From: an uncultured Flavobacteriaceae bacterium
GTDB taxonomy: Bacteria; Bacteroidota; Bacteroidia; AKYH767-A; OLB10
Length of the DNA stretch: 40,009 nt
Direction of reading: 5' to 3'
NCBI GenBank assembly: GCA_964587075.1
Contig: CAZPKJ010000004.1
Coordinates: 1-40,009, forward strand
The translations under genes were made by a program, and so were the position numbers. Below, piece by piece: positions 1-9,535 of this stretch; position 1 is the stretch's first letter; the number at the start of each line of letters is the position of its first letter. Below the pieces are notes generated by a model. That model ran no database searches. It was given only the letters and a program-made list of their open reading frames with translations, and had not been told where the DNA came from.

Positions 1-516
1 GCCGGCTTCAGAATTCTGTGCAACAATGTTACGGGCCATCAAATCAAAATCATGTTCGGCTAACGGCAATGCGCAACCGGTAATTCCCTGGTAACCGGCA
101 AGAACGGGGTAAGCTAAATCAGGATACCAAAGCTGTGGCGGCGGAGATGCCGGTGTACCTGAGCTCTGGTGCGAAGTATAATCATATAACCGCAAAGCCG
201 ACGATAATCCCGCGAAAGCATCGTACACTTCAAAGAAATTACCCCGATCGAAGGTGTGTTTCCAGGCACGAATACAAAATTCATATCGGTAATAATCACC
301 ACTAAAAACCATAGCGAGATCCTTGATCTGCGAACTTAAAAGACATGATCCGGGCAATATACTTTTCGCGAACTGTAATTTTTGCGGATCATTGGGCTGC
401 AACGCCATCTGGCTGAGCTTTTGTTTAAACAAGGGAGCCGGCATGGGAGCGGGACATTGCTGTGCTGCCAGGATGTTGCTTACAATCATGAATACAAATA
501 GCAGAATTTTTTTCAT
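1..516 (-). CDS. Secreted DUF4476-like protein; its C-terminal part lies beyond the left window edge
   Basis: The minus-strand frame is open from the ATG (complement of 514-516) to position 1. It is missing from the ORF track because it has no stop in the window. The translation starts MKKILLFVFMIVSNILAAQQCPAPMP (signal peptide). It continues ...KLQFAKSILPGSCLLSSQIKDLAMVFSGDYYRYEFCIRAWKHTFDRGNFFEVYDAF..., a pattern I recognise as the Bacteroidota DUF4476 domain. A second copy (GCALPLAEHDFDLMARNIV) appears to begin before the edge. Confidence 0.5.
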   Translation of the reverse strand, partial: MKKILLFVFMIVSNILAAQQCPAPMPAPLFKQKLSQMALQPNDPQKLQFAKSILPGSCLLSSQIKDLAMVFSGDYYRYEFCIRAWKHTFDRGNFFEVYDAFAGLSSALRLYDYTSHQSSGTPASPPPQLWYPDLAYPVLAGYQGITGCALPLAEHDFDLMARNIVAQNSEAG

Positions 517-555
517 AATGACTTGTTTGTTTCAACAGATACAATGATGGTTACT

Positions 556-951
556 TTATGGTGCCGGCAACATGACCTCGTCTTTTACCAAAAAGGCCGT
601 TGCATAAAGCGGTTGAATTTCATTCAGGAATTTCATGGCTTCCAACCGCGTTTTGAAATCGCCAACACGGATCTTAAAGTTAGGTTGATGATATACCAGG
701 TAAGCGCCTACATCGGGATACAGTTGTAAAAAATCAGTCTTTACCTCATTCGCCCTGGTCCGCTGCGGCCCGAAAAAAATCTGAACACGGTAGCCTGGCA
801 TGGTTTTTTTAACCTGGTTAATTGCGACGTGCCGGTTCATGAGCACCTTCACCAGGCTGTCCTGTGCACGCAGAGAATACTGTCCATGGCACGTGCCGGC
901 GGATATCATTACACAAACTGCAGCCATCGCTAAAAGCCATTCCTTGTTCAT
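556..951 (-). CDS. SPOR domain-containing protein with a signal peptide
   Basis: This is track ORF 556..1065, trimmed to the internal ATG that gives MNKEWLLAMAAVCVMISAGTCHG (signal peptide). The C-terminal ~70 aa (YRVQIFFGPQRTRANEVKTDFLQLYPDVGAYLVYHQPNFKIRVGDFKTRLEAMKFLNEIQ) fit the SPOR peptidoglycan-binding repeat pattern. Confidence 0.6.
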   Translation of the reverse strand: MNKEWLLAMAAVCVMISAGTCHGQYSLRAQDSLVKVLMNRHVAINQVKKTMPGYRVQIFFGPQRTRANEVKTDFLQLYPDVGAYLVYHQPNFKIRVGDFKTRLEAMKFLNEIQPLYATAFLVKDEVMLPAP

Positions 952-1207
952 GACTGCAAAAGTAAACGATTGGCATGACGTAAAAATACCGGAAAGCAAC
1001 GATTGTATGCCGGATAAGTGCCGGACATCCTTTTTAACATGCGGGCTCGGCCTTTTCAGGCTCACTTTTGGGCAGAATTGATAACCCCCGGCTTCTTAAA
1101 TGGCAGTCATCAAGCTCCTGGGTGAAACGTCCGGGTACGGCGGGCCGGAAGTTTTTTCAGAGAATGTTATTTAGAATCAATTTAAATTGAAAAAGAGCAT
1201 GCCAGCC

Positions 1208-1239
1208 TTTTAAAATCAAAAATGTTTGTCTTAAATTTG
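1208..1239 (+). promoter_or_regulatory. Candidate Bacteroidota sigma-A promoter for the act-cox operon
   Basis: The sequence is TTTT (1208-1211), then 20 nt, then TAAATTTG (1232-1239). The Bacteroides-type consensus is TTTG-N19-21-TAnnTTTG. The element lies 59 nt upstream of the actA ATG. The -7 box matches exactly and the -33 box matches 3 of 4. Confidence 0.3.
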
Positions 1240-1297
1240 CCCACCCCTTAGAGGGGGTTTGTTCGTATTGTATAGCCTTAATAATTAATCTAATCCT

Positions 1298-2542
1298 ATG
1301 AAAGGTAGCGATTTCGCCTTCAAAATCACTTCGGTATCAGCCCTCTTTTTCTTCATCTTACTTTTCGGTTCTTCCAGTCCGGTTTACGCGCAACCCGATG
1401 GCGCTGCCTTGTTTAAGGCTCAATGCGCTGCCTGCCACAGTACGGGCGACAACAAAGTTATCGGTCCCGGGCTCAAAAATGTTCATACCCGCCACGATGC
1501 GGCATGGTTGTTAAAGTGGACCCGTAATTCGCAGGAGCTTATCAAAGCGGGTGACCCCAAGGCAGTTAAGCTATTTAATGACTACAACAAAACGGCCATG
1601 CCGTCGTTTGCCCTTACCGATGATGAAATCAACGCCATTTTCGCCTATGTAAAAACAGAGGGCGAAAAAGTTGCGGCCGCTCCCGGTGCGGGTGCCGGAG
1701 CAGCAGGAGCAGTTGCCGAAGAGCCTGGTATTCCGTGGGTCTTATGGTCGGTGATTCTAACCCTGGTGGTTTTGTTTTTTGTTCTTGGAAAAGTTAAGGC
1801 CGGTCTTGAAAGAGCCCTCCGCGCCAAGCAGGGCGTACCCGAACCACTTCCGGTTTCCTCTAAACAGGCTACCCGAAGCTGGATCAGGGGAAACAAGAAG
1901 TTAATTGCGGTTTTATTGGTAGTACTTACTTTTTGGGGTAGTGTAAAAGGCTGGTACGCTTTGGCGGATATTGGAATTTCGCAGGATTATGCTCCCGAGC
2001 AACCGATTAAGTTTTCACATAAACTCCATGCTGGCCAAAACGGGATTTCCTGTATCTATTGCCATTCTGGGGCCGAAAAAAGCCGTCATGCCAATATTCC
2101 ATCGGTGAACGTTTGTATGAACTGCCATAAATATGTTCAGGAGGGACCGGTTTATGGAAAAGAGGAAATTGCGAAAATTTATAAAGCTCTCGATTATGAT
2201 CCTGCAACGGGAGTATATGGCACCAACCCCAAACCTGTTCAATGGATCAGAGTTCATAATTTGCCCGATTTAGCCTATTTTAATCATGCCCAGCATACCA
2301 ATGTTGGAGGAATTGAGTGCCAGACCTGCCATGGCCCGGTTCAGGAAATGGATGTTGTTAAACAATTTTCACCCCTCACCATGGGATGGTGTATTCAATG
2401 TCACCGCGACACCGAAGTTAAAATGGAAGGCAATGCCTATTATACCGAGCTTCACAGCAAGCTTAAAGAAAAATATGGCAACGATGCCAAACTTACGGTC
2501 GACAAAATTGGCGGGCTCGAATGTGCGCGCTGCCATTATTAA
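1298..2542 (+). CDS. actA: Alternative complex III subunit ActA: pentahaem cytochrome c with an extra N-terminal monohaem cytochrome c domain
   Basis: There are six CxxCH motifs. CAACH sits in the N-terminal class-I-like domain, with a downstream KTAMPSF Met ligand. CIYCH, CMNCH, CQTCH, CIQCH and CARCH sit in the C-terminal domain. The gene is first in an actABCDEF-ordered cluster. Confidence 0.85.
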   Translation: MKGSDFAFKITSVSALFFFILLFGSSSPVYAQPDGAALFKAQCAACHSTGDNKVIGPGLKNVHTRHDAAWLLKWTRNSQELIKAGDPKAVKLFNDYNKTAMPSFALTDDEINAIFAYVKTEGEKVAAAPGAGAGAAGAVAEEPGIPWVLWSVILTLVVLFFVLGKVKAGLERALRAKQGVPEPLPVSSKQATRSWIRGNKKLIAVLLVVLTFWGSVKGWYALADIGISQDYAPEQPIKFSHKLHAGQNGISCIYCHSGAEKSRHANIPSVNVCMNCHKYVQEGPVYGKEEIAKIYKALDYDPATGVYGTNPKPVQWIRVHNLPDLAYFNHAQHTNVGGIECQTCHGPVQEMDVVKQFSPLTMGWCIQCHRDTEVKMEGNAYYTELHSKLKEKYGNDAKLTVDKIGGLECARCHY

Positions 2543-2576
2543 TTAGATTTATCTTAGAAACAATCCTGTAATTCAT

Positions 2577-5500
2577 ATGGAAAAAAAATACTGGAAAGGT
2601 GTTGAAGAATTGCGCAATGACGCGGAGTTCGTGCGACTGAAAAACAATGAGTTTTTTGAACACCTTCCTGTTGACGAAGTGCTTGGGAAAAAAGCGGAAT
2701 CAACGGATGCGACACCACGCAGGGACTTTTTAAAATTTCTTGGATTTGGAATGGCAGCTGCTACATTAGCTGCCTGCGAGGCCCCTGTCAAAAAATCGAT
2801 ACCTTATCTGATCAAGCCTGAAGAAATTATTCCTGGTATCCCTAATTATTACGCCAGCACCTATTTTGATGGCCACGACTACAGCAGCTTACTGGTAAAA
2901 ACACGCGAAGGGCGACCAATTAAGGTAGATGGCAACGAACTCTCGTCAGTTTCAAAAGGGGCCACCCACGCCCGTGTTCAGGCTTCGGTTTTAGGATTGT
3001 ACGACATTAACAGGATTGGCGGCCCGCTTAAAGGCGATGGCGATATCAAATGGAGCCAGGCCGATAGTGAAATTAAAGAAAAACTCGAACTCGCCGTTAA
3101 GAACGGTGGCAAAATACGTATCCTCACCAGTACGGTTATCAGTCCTTCAACCAAATCGCTTTTTGCCGAGTTTGCAGCACGCTTTCCAGGTACCGAAGTG
3201 ATAACGTATGACGCCATTTCGTTTTCAGGAATGATAAAAGCCAACGCCGCCAATTTTGGAAAGGCTGCAATACCCACATACCATTTCGAAAATGCCAATA
3301 CTATTGTAGGTTTCAATGCCGATTTTTTAAGCAATTGGGTTAATCCAACTGAAAACGCGCGCCAGTATGCCATAACCAGAAAACTGTTTGGCAAAAAAAC
3401 CATGTCGCGTCATTACCAGTTTGAGTCAACACTCACGGTAACCGGATCCAACGCCGACCACCGTTATATGGTAAAACCTTCGGAGCAGGGGGCCGCAGTA
3501 GCAGCCTTATATAACAAGCTTGCCACTATGGCAGGATTGCCTGGTGCAGGCACCGTAAAATCTTCAGCTGATGAGGGTATTGCCAAAGCGGCAAACGATC
3601 TATGGGAAAACCGGGGGAAATCACTGGTTGTTTCAGGCTCCAATGATATGAATGTTCAAATGGTAGTGAATGCCATCAACAACCTGTTGGGTAATTATGG
3701 CAGCACCATTGATATTTCAAACCACAGTAATCTCCGTCAGGGAGATGATGATAAAATGGCATCTCTGGTTAGCGACATGCAATCAGGCAGTGTTGAGGTA
3801 CTGATGGTTTACAATACCAATCCTGCCTATTCATATCCTGATGCCGATGCATTCATTGCGGCTGTTAAAAAAGTAAAAACAATCATCGCATTTTCTGGTA
3901 CCAAAGATGAAACATCTTCGGTGGCACATTACATATGTCCTGATCACCATTATCTTGAATCGTGGAACGATGCTGAGCCTGTGAACGGCAAATACAGTCT
4001 GGCGCAACCAACCATAAAAAATCTTTTCAATACCCGTCAGATGCAGGACAGCCTTATTATATGGGCCGGACTTCCTCACCAGGACTATTTGTCGTATATT
4101 CAGAACTTCTGGAAGAACAATATGTACGCCCGTCAAACCGGCATATCGTCGTTTGAAGCATTCTGGACCAAGTCGCTTCAGGAGGGTGTTTTTGAAACAG
4201 CGCCGGTTGCAACAGCGGTTTCCTTCAGCGGTGATGTCAACACTGCCGTCGCAGCGGCTTTGGCGTCACGACCAGAGGGGGTTGACATAATGTTATATGA
4301 GAAAACAGGAATTGGTAACGGTTCCATGTCGAACAATCCCTGGTTACAGGAATTGCCAGATCCTATTTCGAAAGTTTGCTGGGATAACTATGTTGCTATT
4401 TCTCCCGCTTTCGCTGATAAACTTGGTTTAAAGCAAGGAAATATTGTTGAACTGAAAGCCGGAAGCAAATCCATAAAAGGTCCGGTTTACTTACAGCCCG
4501 GTGTTGCCGATAATACAGTTGCCATTGCCATGGGATATGGACGGACCGCAGCTGGTAAAACGGGTAATAATGTCGGGTTTAATGCATACCGTATGGCAGC
4601 GGTTACTCCGGGTGGTATTGTTTATCATGCTACCGGTGCTTCCATTAACAAAACGGTTGAAGAAGATTATATGCTGGCGTCGACACAAACTCATCACACC
4701 ATGATGGGCCGTGCCATTGTTAAGGAAACCAACCTCGATCAGTACCTTAAGGATCCCAAATCGGGTAACCCCGATGTGATGCTCGAAACGCACAAAGGGA
4801 AAATGAAAGCTACGGATGTTGACTTATGGGCAACCGAAAAAAATCCGGGTCACGATAAACCAAACCATTTCTGGGGGATGTCGATCGACCTCAATTCATG
4901 TATTGGCTGCGGGTCGTGTGTAATTGCATGTCAGGTTGAAAACAATATTCCGGTAGTTGGCAAGAGCGAGATTCACCTTGCCCGCGAAATGCACTGGATC
5001 CGTATCGACCGTTACTATAGCAGCGATACCACCAAAGCCGGGGCCAAAGAATCGGGGATGGGCAAAATGGATATGCTTTCCAAGATGGAAGTGCCGTCTG
5101 ATAATCCTGAGGTAGTATTTCAGCCAATGCTTTGTCAGCACTGCAACCATGCGCCGTGCGAAACAGTTTGTCCGGTTGCTGCTACCACTCACAGTTCCGA
5201 AGGACTTAACATGATGGCGTATAACCGTTGTGTGGGAACACGTTACTGTGCCAACAACTGTCCGTACAAAGTTCGCCGCTTTAACTGGTTCAAGTATTTT
5301 GATAATCCGCAGTTCGATTACAATATGAATGACGACATGGGTAAAATGGTTTTAAACCCCGATGTTGTTGTTCGTTCGCGTGGGGTTATGGAAAAATGTA
5401 CCATGTGTGTTCAGAGAATTCAGTATGGAAAACTCGAAGCCAAGAAGTCGGGACGCCGCCCAAAGGATGGTGAAATAACCACCGCATGTGCCCAGGCATG

Positions 5501-5669
5501 TCCTACACACGCTATTACATTTGGCGATTATAACGATTCGCAGAGCAGGTTATCCGCGCAAGCGAAAGATGAAAGAGCATACCATGTACTTGAAGAGCTC
5601 AATGTGCAGCCATCTATTTATTATCAAACGAAAGTTAGAAATAAAAAAGCCGGCAGCGCAAAGGTGTAA
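2577..5669 (+). CDS. actB: Alternative complex III subunit ActB: molybdopterin-oxidoreductase-like domain fused to a 4Fe-4S ferredoxin-like domain
   Basis: The protein is 1030 aa with a twin-arginine motif (RRDFLKFLG). The C-terminal part carries Fe-S Cys clusters: CIGCGSCVIAC, CQHCNHAPCETVCP, CVGTRYCANNCP, CTMC and CAQACP. Size and position match ActB. Confidence 0.9.
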   Translation: MEKKYWKGVEELRNDAEFVRLKNNEFFEHLPVDEVLGKKAESTDATPRRDFLKFLGFGMAAATLAACEAPVKKSIPYLIKPEEIIPGIPNYYASTYFDGHDYSSLLVKTREGRPIKVDGNELSSVSKGATHARVQASVLGLYDINRIGGPLKGDGDIKWSQADSEIKEKLELAVKNGGKIRILTSTVISPSTKSLFAEFAARFPGTEVITYDAISFSGMIKANAANFGKAAIPTYHFENANTIVGFNADFLSNWVNPTENARQYAITRKLFGKKTMSRHYQFESTLTVTGSNADHRYMVKPSEQGAAVAALYNKLATMAGLPGAGTVKSSADEGIAKAANDLWENRGKSLVVSGSNDMNVQMVVNAINNLLGNYGSTIDISNHSNLRQGDDDKMASLVSDMQSGSVEVLMVYNTNPAYSYPDADAFIAAVKKVKTIIAFSGTKDETSSVAHYICPDHHYLESWNDAEPVNGKYSLAQPTIKNLFNTRQMQDSLIIWAGLPHQDYLSYIQNFWKNNMYARQTGISSFEAFWTKSLQEGVFETAPVATAVSFSGDVNTAVAAALASRPEGVDIMLYEKTGIGNGSMSNNPWLQELPDPISKVCWDNYVAISPAFADKLGLKQGNIVELKAGSKSIKGPVYLQPGVADNTVAIAMGYGRTAAGKTGNNVGFNAYRMAAVTPGGIVYHATGASINKTVEEDYMLASTQTHHTMMGRAIVKETNLDQYLKDPKSGNPDVMLETHKGKMKATDVDLWATEKNPGHDKPNHFWGMSIDLNSCIGCGSCVIACQVENNIPVVGKSEIHLAREMHWIRIDRYYSSDTTKAGAKESGMGKMDMLSKMEVPSDNPEVVFQPMLCQHCNHAPCETVCPVAATTHSSEGLNMMAYNRCVGTRYCANNCPYKVRRFNWFKYFDNPQFDYNMNDDMGKMVLNPDVVVRSRGVMEKCTMCVQRIQYGKLEAKKSGRRPKDGEITTACAQACPTHAITFGDYNDSQSRLSAQAKDERAYHVLEELNVQPSIYYQTKVRNKKAGSAKV

Positions 5670-5707
5670 GTGTTAAAGTAAAATAAATACGACTCAGAAA
5701 TTATATT

Positions 5708-7096
5708 ATGCATTACGAATCAGAATTAAGGGAACCGCTAATACTGGGCGATAAGTCGCTTCACCAGATTACCGAGGACGTATGCCGGCCCATTGAAGGC
5801 AAAGCCAATAAGTATTGGTGGATCGCCTTCACCATTGCATCCATGGCGTTGCTTTGGTGGGTTATAGCGGTGGGTTATACTGTTGGAACCGGACTTGGTG
5901 TTTGGGGATTGAACAAAACCGTTGGCTGGGCATGGGATATTACCAATTTCGTTTGGTGGGTCGGTATTGGTCACGCCGGCACACTCATTTCAGCGATTCT
6001 GTTACTGTTTCGTCAAAAGTGGAGGTTGTCGATTAACCGTTCCGCTGAGGCGATGACCATTTTTGCTGTAATATGCGCCGCGTCGTTTATTGTTTCACAC
6101 ATGGGACGGCCCTGGGTAGCTTACTGGCCACTTCCCTTAGCCAACCAGTTTGGTTCGTTGTGGGTAAATTTTAATTCACCACTGGTGTGGGACGTGTTTG
6201 CCATCTCAACCTATTTTTCGGTATCACTGGTATTCTGGTATACAGGCCTTATTCCCGATTTCGCCGCAGTGCGCGACAGGGCGCAAAAAGGTGCAAGAAA
6301 ATTCTGGTATACTATATTAAGTTTCGGCTGGACCGGCACTGCAAAAAACTGGCAGCGCTTCGAAGAAGTTTCCCTGGTACTTGCAGGATTGTCGACACCC
6401 CTGGTACTCTCGGTGCACTCGGTAGTATCGATGGACTTCGCCACCTCGCTCGTTCCGGGTTGGCACACTACAATATTTCCTCCCTACTTCGTTGCCGGGG
6501 CTATCTTTTCGGGATTCGCCATGGTGCAAACACTATTAATTATCACCCGGAAGGTGTTAAACCTCGAAGACTACATTACCATTTATCATATCGATATGAT
6601 GAACCGTATTATACTTTTAACCGGTTCAATAGTTGGTATTGCCTACATCACTGAATTTTTTATTGCCTGGTACTCGGGCGTTGAATATGAGCAGTACGCA
6701 TTTATAAACCGCGCAACAGGTCCTTACTGGTGGGCCTACTGGAGTATGATGACATGCAACGTAATTACTCCGCAGTTGTTCTGGTCGGCAAAACTCCGCA
6801 CCAGCGTATTCGCTACATTCTTTATTTCAATATTCGTAAATATTGGTATGTGGTTCGAGCGGTTTGTAATCATTGTAACATCGCTGCACCGCGACTACCT
6901 GCCTTCGAGCTGGACCATGTATTCACCAACGTGGGTTGAGGTTGGGATTTTTATCGGATCGCTGGGATTGTTTTTTGTTCCGTTCCTCTTATTTACCAGG
7001 TTCTTCCCGGTTATCGCCATGAGCGAATTAAAAACAATTGTTAAAAGTTCAAGTTCACAAGCTAAAAAGAAAGGAGCCCACCACCATGAGCACTAA
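5708..7096 (+). CDS. actC: Alternative complex III subunit ActC (NrfD/PsrC-like integral membrane quinol-binding subunit)
   Basis: A 462-aa polytopic membrane protein rich in Trp and Phe, of NrfD/polysulfide-reductase type, placed immediately after actB. Confidence 0.85.
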   Translation: MHYESELREPLILGDKSLHQITEDVCRPIEGKANKYWWIAFTIASMALLWWVIAVGYTVGTGLGVWGLNKTVGWAWDITNFVWWVGIGHAGTLISAILLLFRQKWRLSINRSAEAMTIFAVICAASFIVSHMGRPWVAYWPLPLANQFGSLWVNFNSPLVWDVFAISTYFSVSLVFWYTGLIPDFAAVRDRAQKGARKFWYTILSFGWTGTAKNWQRFEEVSLVLAGLSTPLVLSVHSVVSMDFATSLVPGWHTTIFPPYFVAGAIFSGFAMVQTLLIITRKVLNLEDYITIYHIDMMNRIILLTGSIVGIAYITEFFIAWYSGVEYEQYAFINRATGPYWWAYWSMMTCNVITPQLFWSAKLRTSVFATFFISIFVNIGMWFERFVIIVTSLHRDYLPSSWTMYSPTWVEVGIFIGSLGLFFVPFLLFTRFFPVIAMSELKTIVKSSSSQAKKKGAHHHEH

Positions 7097-7097
7097 G

Positions 7098-7604
7098 ATG
7101 GCATACGGTGTTTTCGACGACGACGATGTTGTTTTGAGCGCGATACCAAAACTCAGAGAGAAAAATTTTAAGGTTACCGATGTAATTTCACCCTTTCCCA
7201 TTCACGGACTCGATCCGGTATTGGGATTGAAGCGGACACGCATTTCAATTTGTGCGTTCCTGTATGGTATTACCGGAACCAGCCTTGCTTTGCTGATGAT
7301 GTGGTACATGAATATTTTCGACTGGCCAATGGACATTGGGGGAAAACCAAGCTTTGCTTTGTATAAAAACCTGCCTGCTTTCATTCCGGTAACATTTGAG
7401 GTAACCGTATTGTGCGCGGCTCACGGCATGGCAATAACTTTCTTTCTGCGAAGCAAATTACTGCCCGGTGTCGAACCTCATGTTATTGACGACCGTATGG
7501 CCGACGACCGGTTTGTAATGTCGGTTGAAGTGAAAAATGATGCTGAGAAACTGGCTGCTCACGCTGCGTTGAAAGAGGTAGGCGCCATTTATGTAAAAGA
7601 ATAA
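7098..7604 (+). CDS. actD: Alternative complex III subunit ActD (DUF3341 membrane protein)
   Basis: This is track ORF 7038..7604, trimmed. The ATG at 7098 follows the actC stop (7094-7096) by one nt and gives MAYGVFDDDDVVLSAIPKLREKNF, a typical ActD N-terminus. The ATG at 7086 is an alternative start. Two hydrophobic helices occupy the middle of the protein. Confidence 0.75.
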   Translation: MAYGVFDDDDVVLSAIPKLREKNFKVTDVISPFPIHGLDPVLGLKRTRISICAFLYGITGTSLALLMMWYMNIFDWPMDIGGKPSFALYKNLPAFIPVTFEVTVLCAAHGMAITFFLRSKLLPGVEPHVIDDRMADDRFVMSVEVKNDAEKLAAHAALKEVGAIYVKE

Positions 7605-7632
7605 CGGTTCAATTTAAAAGCAACTATTTGTG

Positions 7633-8250
7633 ATGAATCCAAAAATATTTAAGCTGTCGGGAGTTGTGGTTATTTCGGTGATGACACTTATGCTGGCTTC
7701 CTGCGGCAAGGATCCCAACAAACCGGGACTCGAGTTCATGCCCGATATGTACCGGTCACCCGGATATAAAGCCTATTCGGTAAACGCTTTGTTTGCTGAC
7801 AGCACTTCGGCCCGCCTGCCGGTTGCAGGTACCGTTCCGCGTGATTATACGTTTTTTCATTACCCCTCGTCGAACGAAGGATATGAAGCGGCAGGACGCG
7901 ATTTGACGAATCCTCTTGAGATGAACGAACTGAATCTGGCCGCCGGCAAAAAACTTTATGCCGACTTCTGCATGCATTGCCACGGAGAATCCGGAAACGG
8001 TGACGGATCATTGATTGCTACCGGCAAGTTTCCTCCCCCGCCATCGTATGTAACGGGTGCGTCATCGAGGGGCGGACAAATGAAAGACCTTTCTGCCGGA
8101 AAGATTTTTCACACGATTACTTACGGAATCAACCTCATGGGGCCGCACGCTTCACAACTGAATCACGAAGAGCGCTGGAAAATTACCATGTATGTTCAAC
8201 AGCTATCAAGCGTAAAAGCTGATACATCCGCAACAGCGGCAGCACAATAA
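7633..8250 (+). CDS. actE: Alternative complex III subunit ActE: monohaem cytochrome c lipoprotein
   Basis: The protein has a single CMHCH motif. Its signal peptide ends in the lipobox LMLASC (Cys codon 7702-7704). The track start at 7630 is GTG; the adjacent ATG at 7633 is preferred. Confidence 0.75.
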   Translation: MNPKIFKLSGVVVISVMTLMLASCGKDPNKPGLEFMPDMYRSPGYKAYSVNALFADSTSARLPVAGTVPRDYTFFHYPSSNEGYEAAGRDLTNPLEMNELNLAAGKKLYADFCMHCHGESGNGDGSLIATGKFPPPPSYVTGASSRGGQMKDLSAGKIFHTITYGINLMGPHASQLNHEERWKITMYVQQLSSVKADTSATAAAQ

Positions 8251-8287
8251 TATTAATCTTGTATAGAATCTATAAGAGCAATTAACT

Positions 8288-9481
8288 ATGAATTATAATT
8301 TCACCCAAAAGAATAAAACCATTGCTTTTGTGCTGATGGCCATCGGGCTGGTTTCGGTGATAGCCAGTTTTGCAACGCATAATCACCAGGCGTGGTCGAA
8401 CCTACTGCAAAACTCGTTTTACTTCCTTGGTATTGGCCTTGGCGGGACATTCTTTCTGGCGGTTCAATATACTGCCGAAGTAGGATGGTCGGTTGTGCTG
8501 AAGAGGATCCTTGAAGCTATGGGTCAGTTTTTGCCGGTTGCATGTATTTTTATGTTGATCGTATTCTTTGGAAATTATTTTGCCGCTCACAACGGAGGAC
8601 ATTATTTGTACCACTGGCTGCATGAAGAGCTCTATGATCCGGCGTCGGCAGAGTACGATGCTATTATTGCAGGTAAGGCGCCATTTCTGAACCTTCCGTT
8701 TTTTATTGCCCGTATGGTTGCATACTTTGTAATCTGGGTTGGCTTTACCATGGCCCTTCGTAAGCTATCGCTCAAGGAAGATGTTGAAGGTGGCACCGCG
8801 AATTATTTTAAAGCGAAAAAATACTCAACTATTTTCCTGGTTTTGTTTGCTGTTACCTCATCCACCTCCGCATGGGATTTTATCATGTCTATCGATACAC
8901 ACTGGTTCTCTACACTTTTTGGATGGTACACATTCGCAGGAATGTTTATCAGCGCACTGGCGGTATTGAATTTTACACTGGCTTACCTGGTAAAAAAAGG
9001 ATACATGCCATTCATTACCGAACACCACCTGCATGACACGGGCAAGTTCATGTTCGCTTTCAGTATATTCTGGACATATTTATGGTTTGCTCAATTCATG
9101 CTGATTTGGTACGCCAACATACCCGAAGAGGTGACCTATTTCATGGTACGTCTCGAACATTACCGGGGATTATTCCTGGCTAACTTCCTCATCAATTTCA
9201 TTGCTCCGTTCCTGCTGCTTATGACCCGCGATGCCAAACGTAAACTCGGAATGCTTATGACCATTTCAGTGATTCTGTTTGTGGGCCACTGGATTGATGT
9301 ATTCCTTATGGTTACACCAGGTGTTGTAAAGGAAGCATGGCACATTGGCTGGATGGAGATTGGAACGACACTCGGATTCCTGGGAATGTTTATATATGTA
9401 CTCCAGGCATCACTTGCCAAAGCTCCGTTGCTTCGTGAAAAGCATCCGTTACTGCAGGAAAGCCTCCACCATTCCATTTAA
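8288..9481 (+). CDS. actF: Alternative complex III subunit ActF (second NrfD-like membrane subunit)
   Basis: A 397-aa polytopic membrane protein sitting between actE and the oxidase genes, which is the conserved ActF position. Confidence 0.75.
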   Translation: MNYNFTQKNKTIAFVLMAIGLVSVIASFATHNHQAWSNLLQNSFYFLGIGLGGTFFLAVQYTAEVGWSVVLKRILEAMGQFLPVACIFMLIVFFGNYFAAHNGGHYLYHWLHEELYDPASAEYDAIIAGKAPFLNLPFFIARMVAYFVIWVGFTMALRKLSLKEDVEGGTANYFKAKKYSTIFLVLFAVTSSTSAWDFIMSIDTHWFSTLFGWYTFAGMFISALAVLNFTLAYLVKKGYMPFITEHHLHDTGKFMFAFSIFWTYLWFAQFMLIWYANIPEEVTYFMVRLEHYRGLFLANFLINFIAPFLLLMTRDAKRKLGMLMTISVILFVGHWIDVFLMVTPGVVKEAWHIGWMEIGTTLGFLGMFIYVLQASLAKAPLLREKHPLLQESLHHSI

Positions 9482-9535
9482 TACGATTCAAGACATATAG
9501 TATTTAACGACAACCGAAAAACCGATATAAAATAG

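Noticed and set aside
323-729. Plus-strand ORFs 323-547 and 523-729, and also 800-1081.
   Set aside because: They overlap the minus-strand DUF4476-like and SPOR genes, which have signal peptides and domain patterns. The plus-strand translations look random.
1124-1157. A terminator-like hairpin with a T6 tract upstream of actA. AAAC-g-TCCGG pairs with CCGGA-a-GTTT, followed by TTTTTT.
   Set aside because: The contiguous stem is only 5 bp, or 9 bp with an internal mismatch. No plus-strand transcription unit lies upstream of it, because the flanking genes diverge. I therefore cannot support it as a functional terminator or sRNA end.
2978-3403. A 141-aa minus-strand ORF inside actB. Similar antisense ORFs occur elsewhere, for example 12027-12452, 29970-30413, 34060-34536, 34845-35375 and 36824-37294.
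   Set aside because: Each lies wholly antisense to a long ORF that has strong family motifs. Their translations are low-complexity or rich in Arg, Ser and Cys, with no recognisable motifs. They are typical shadow ORFs.
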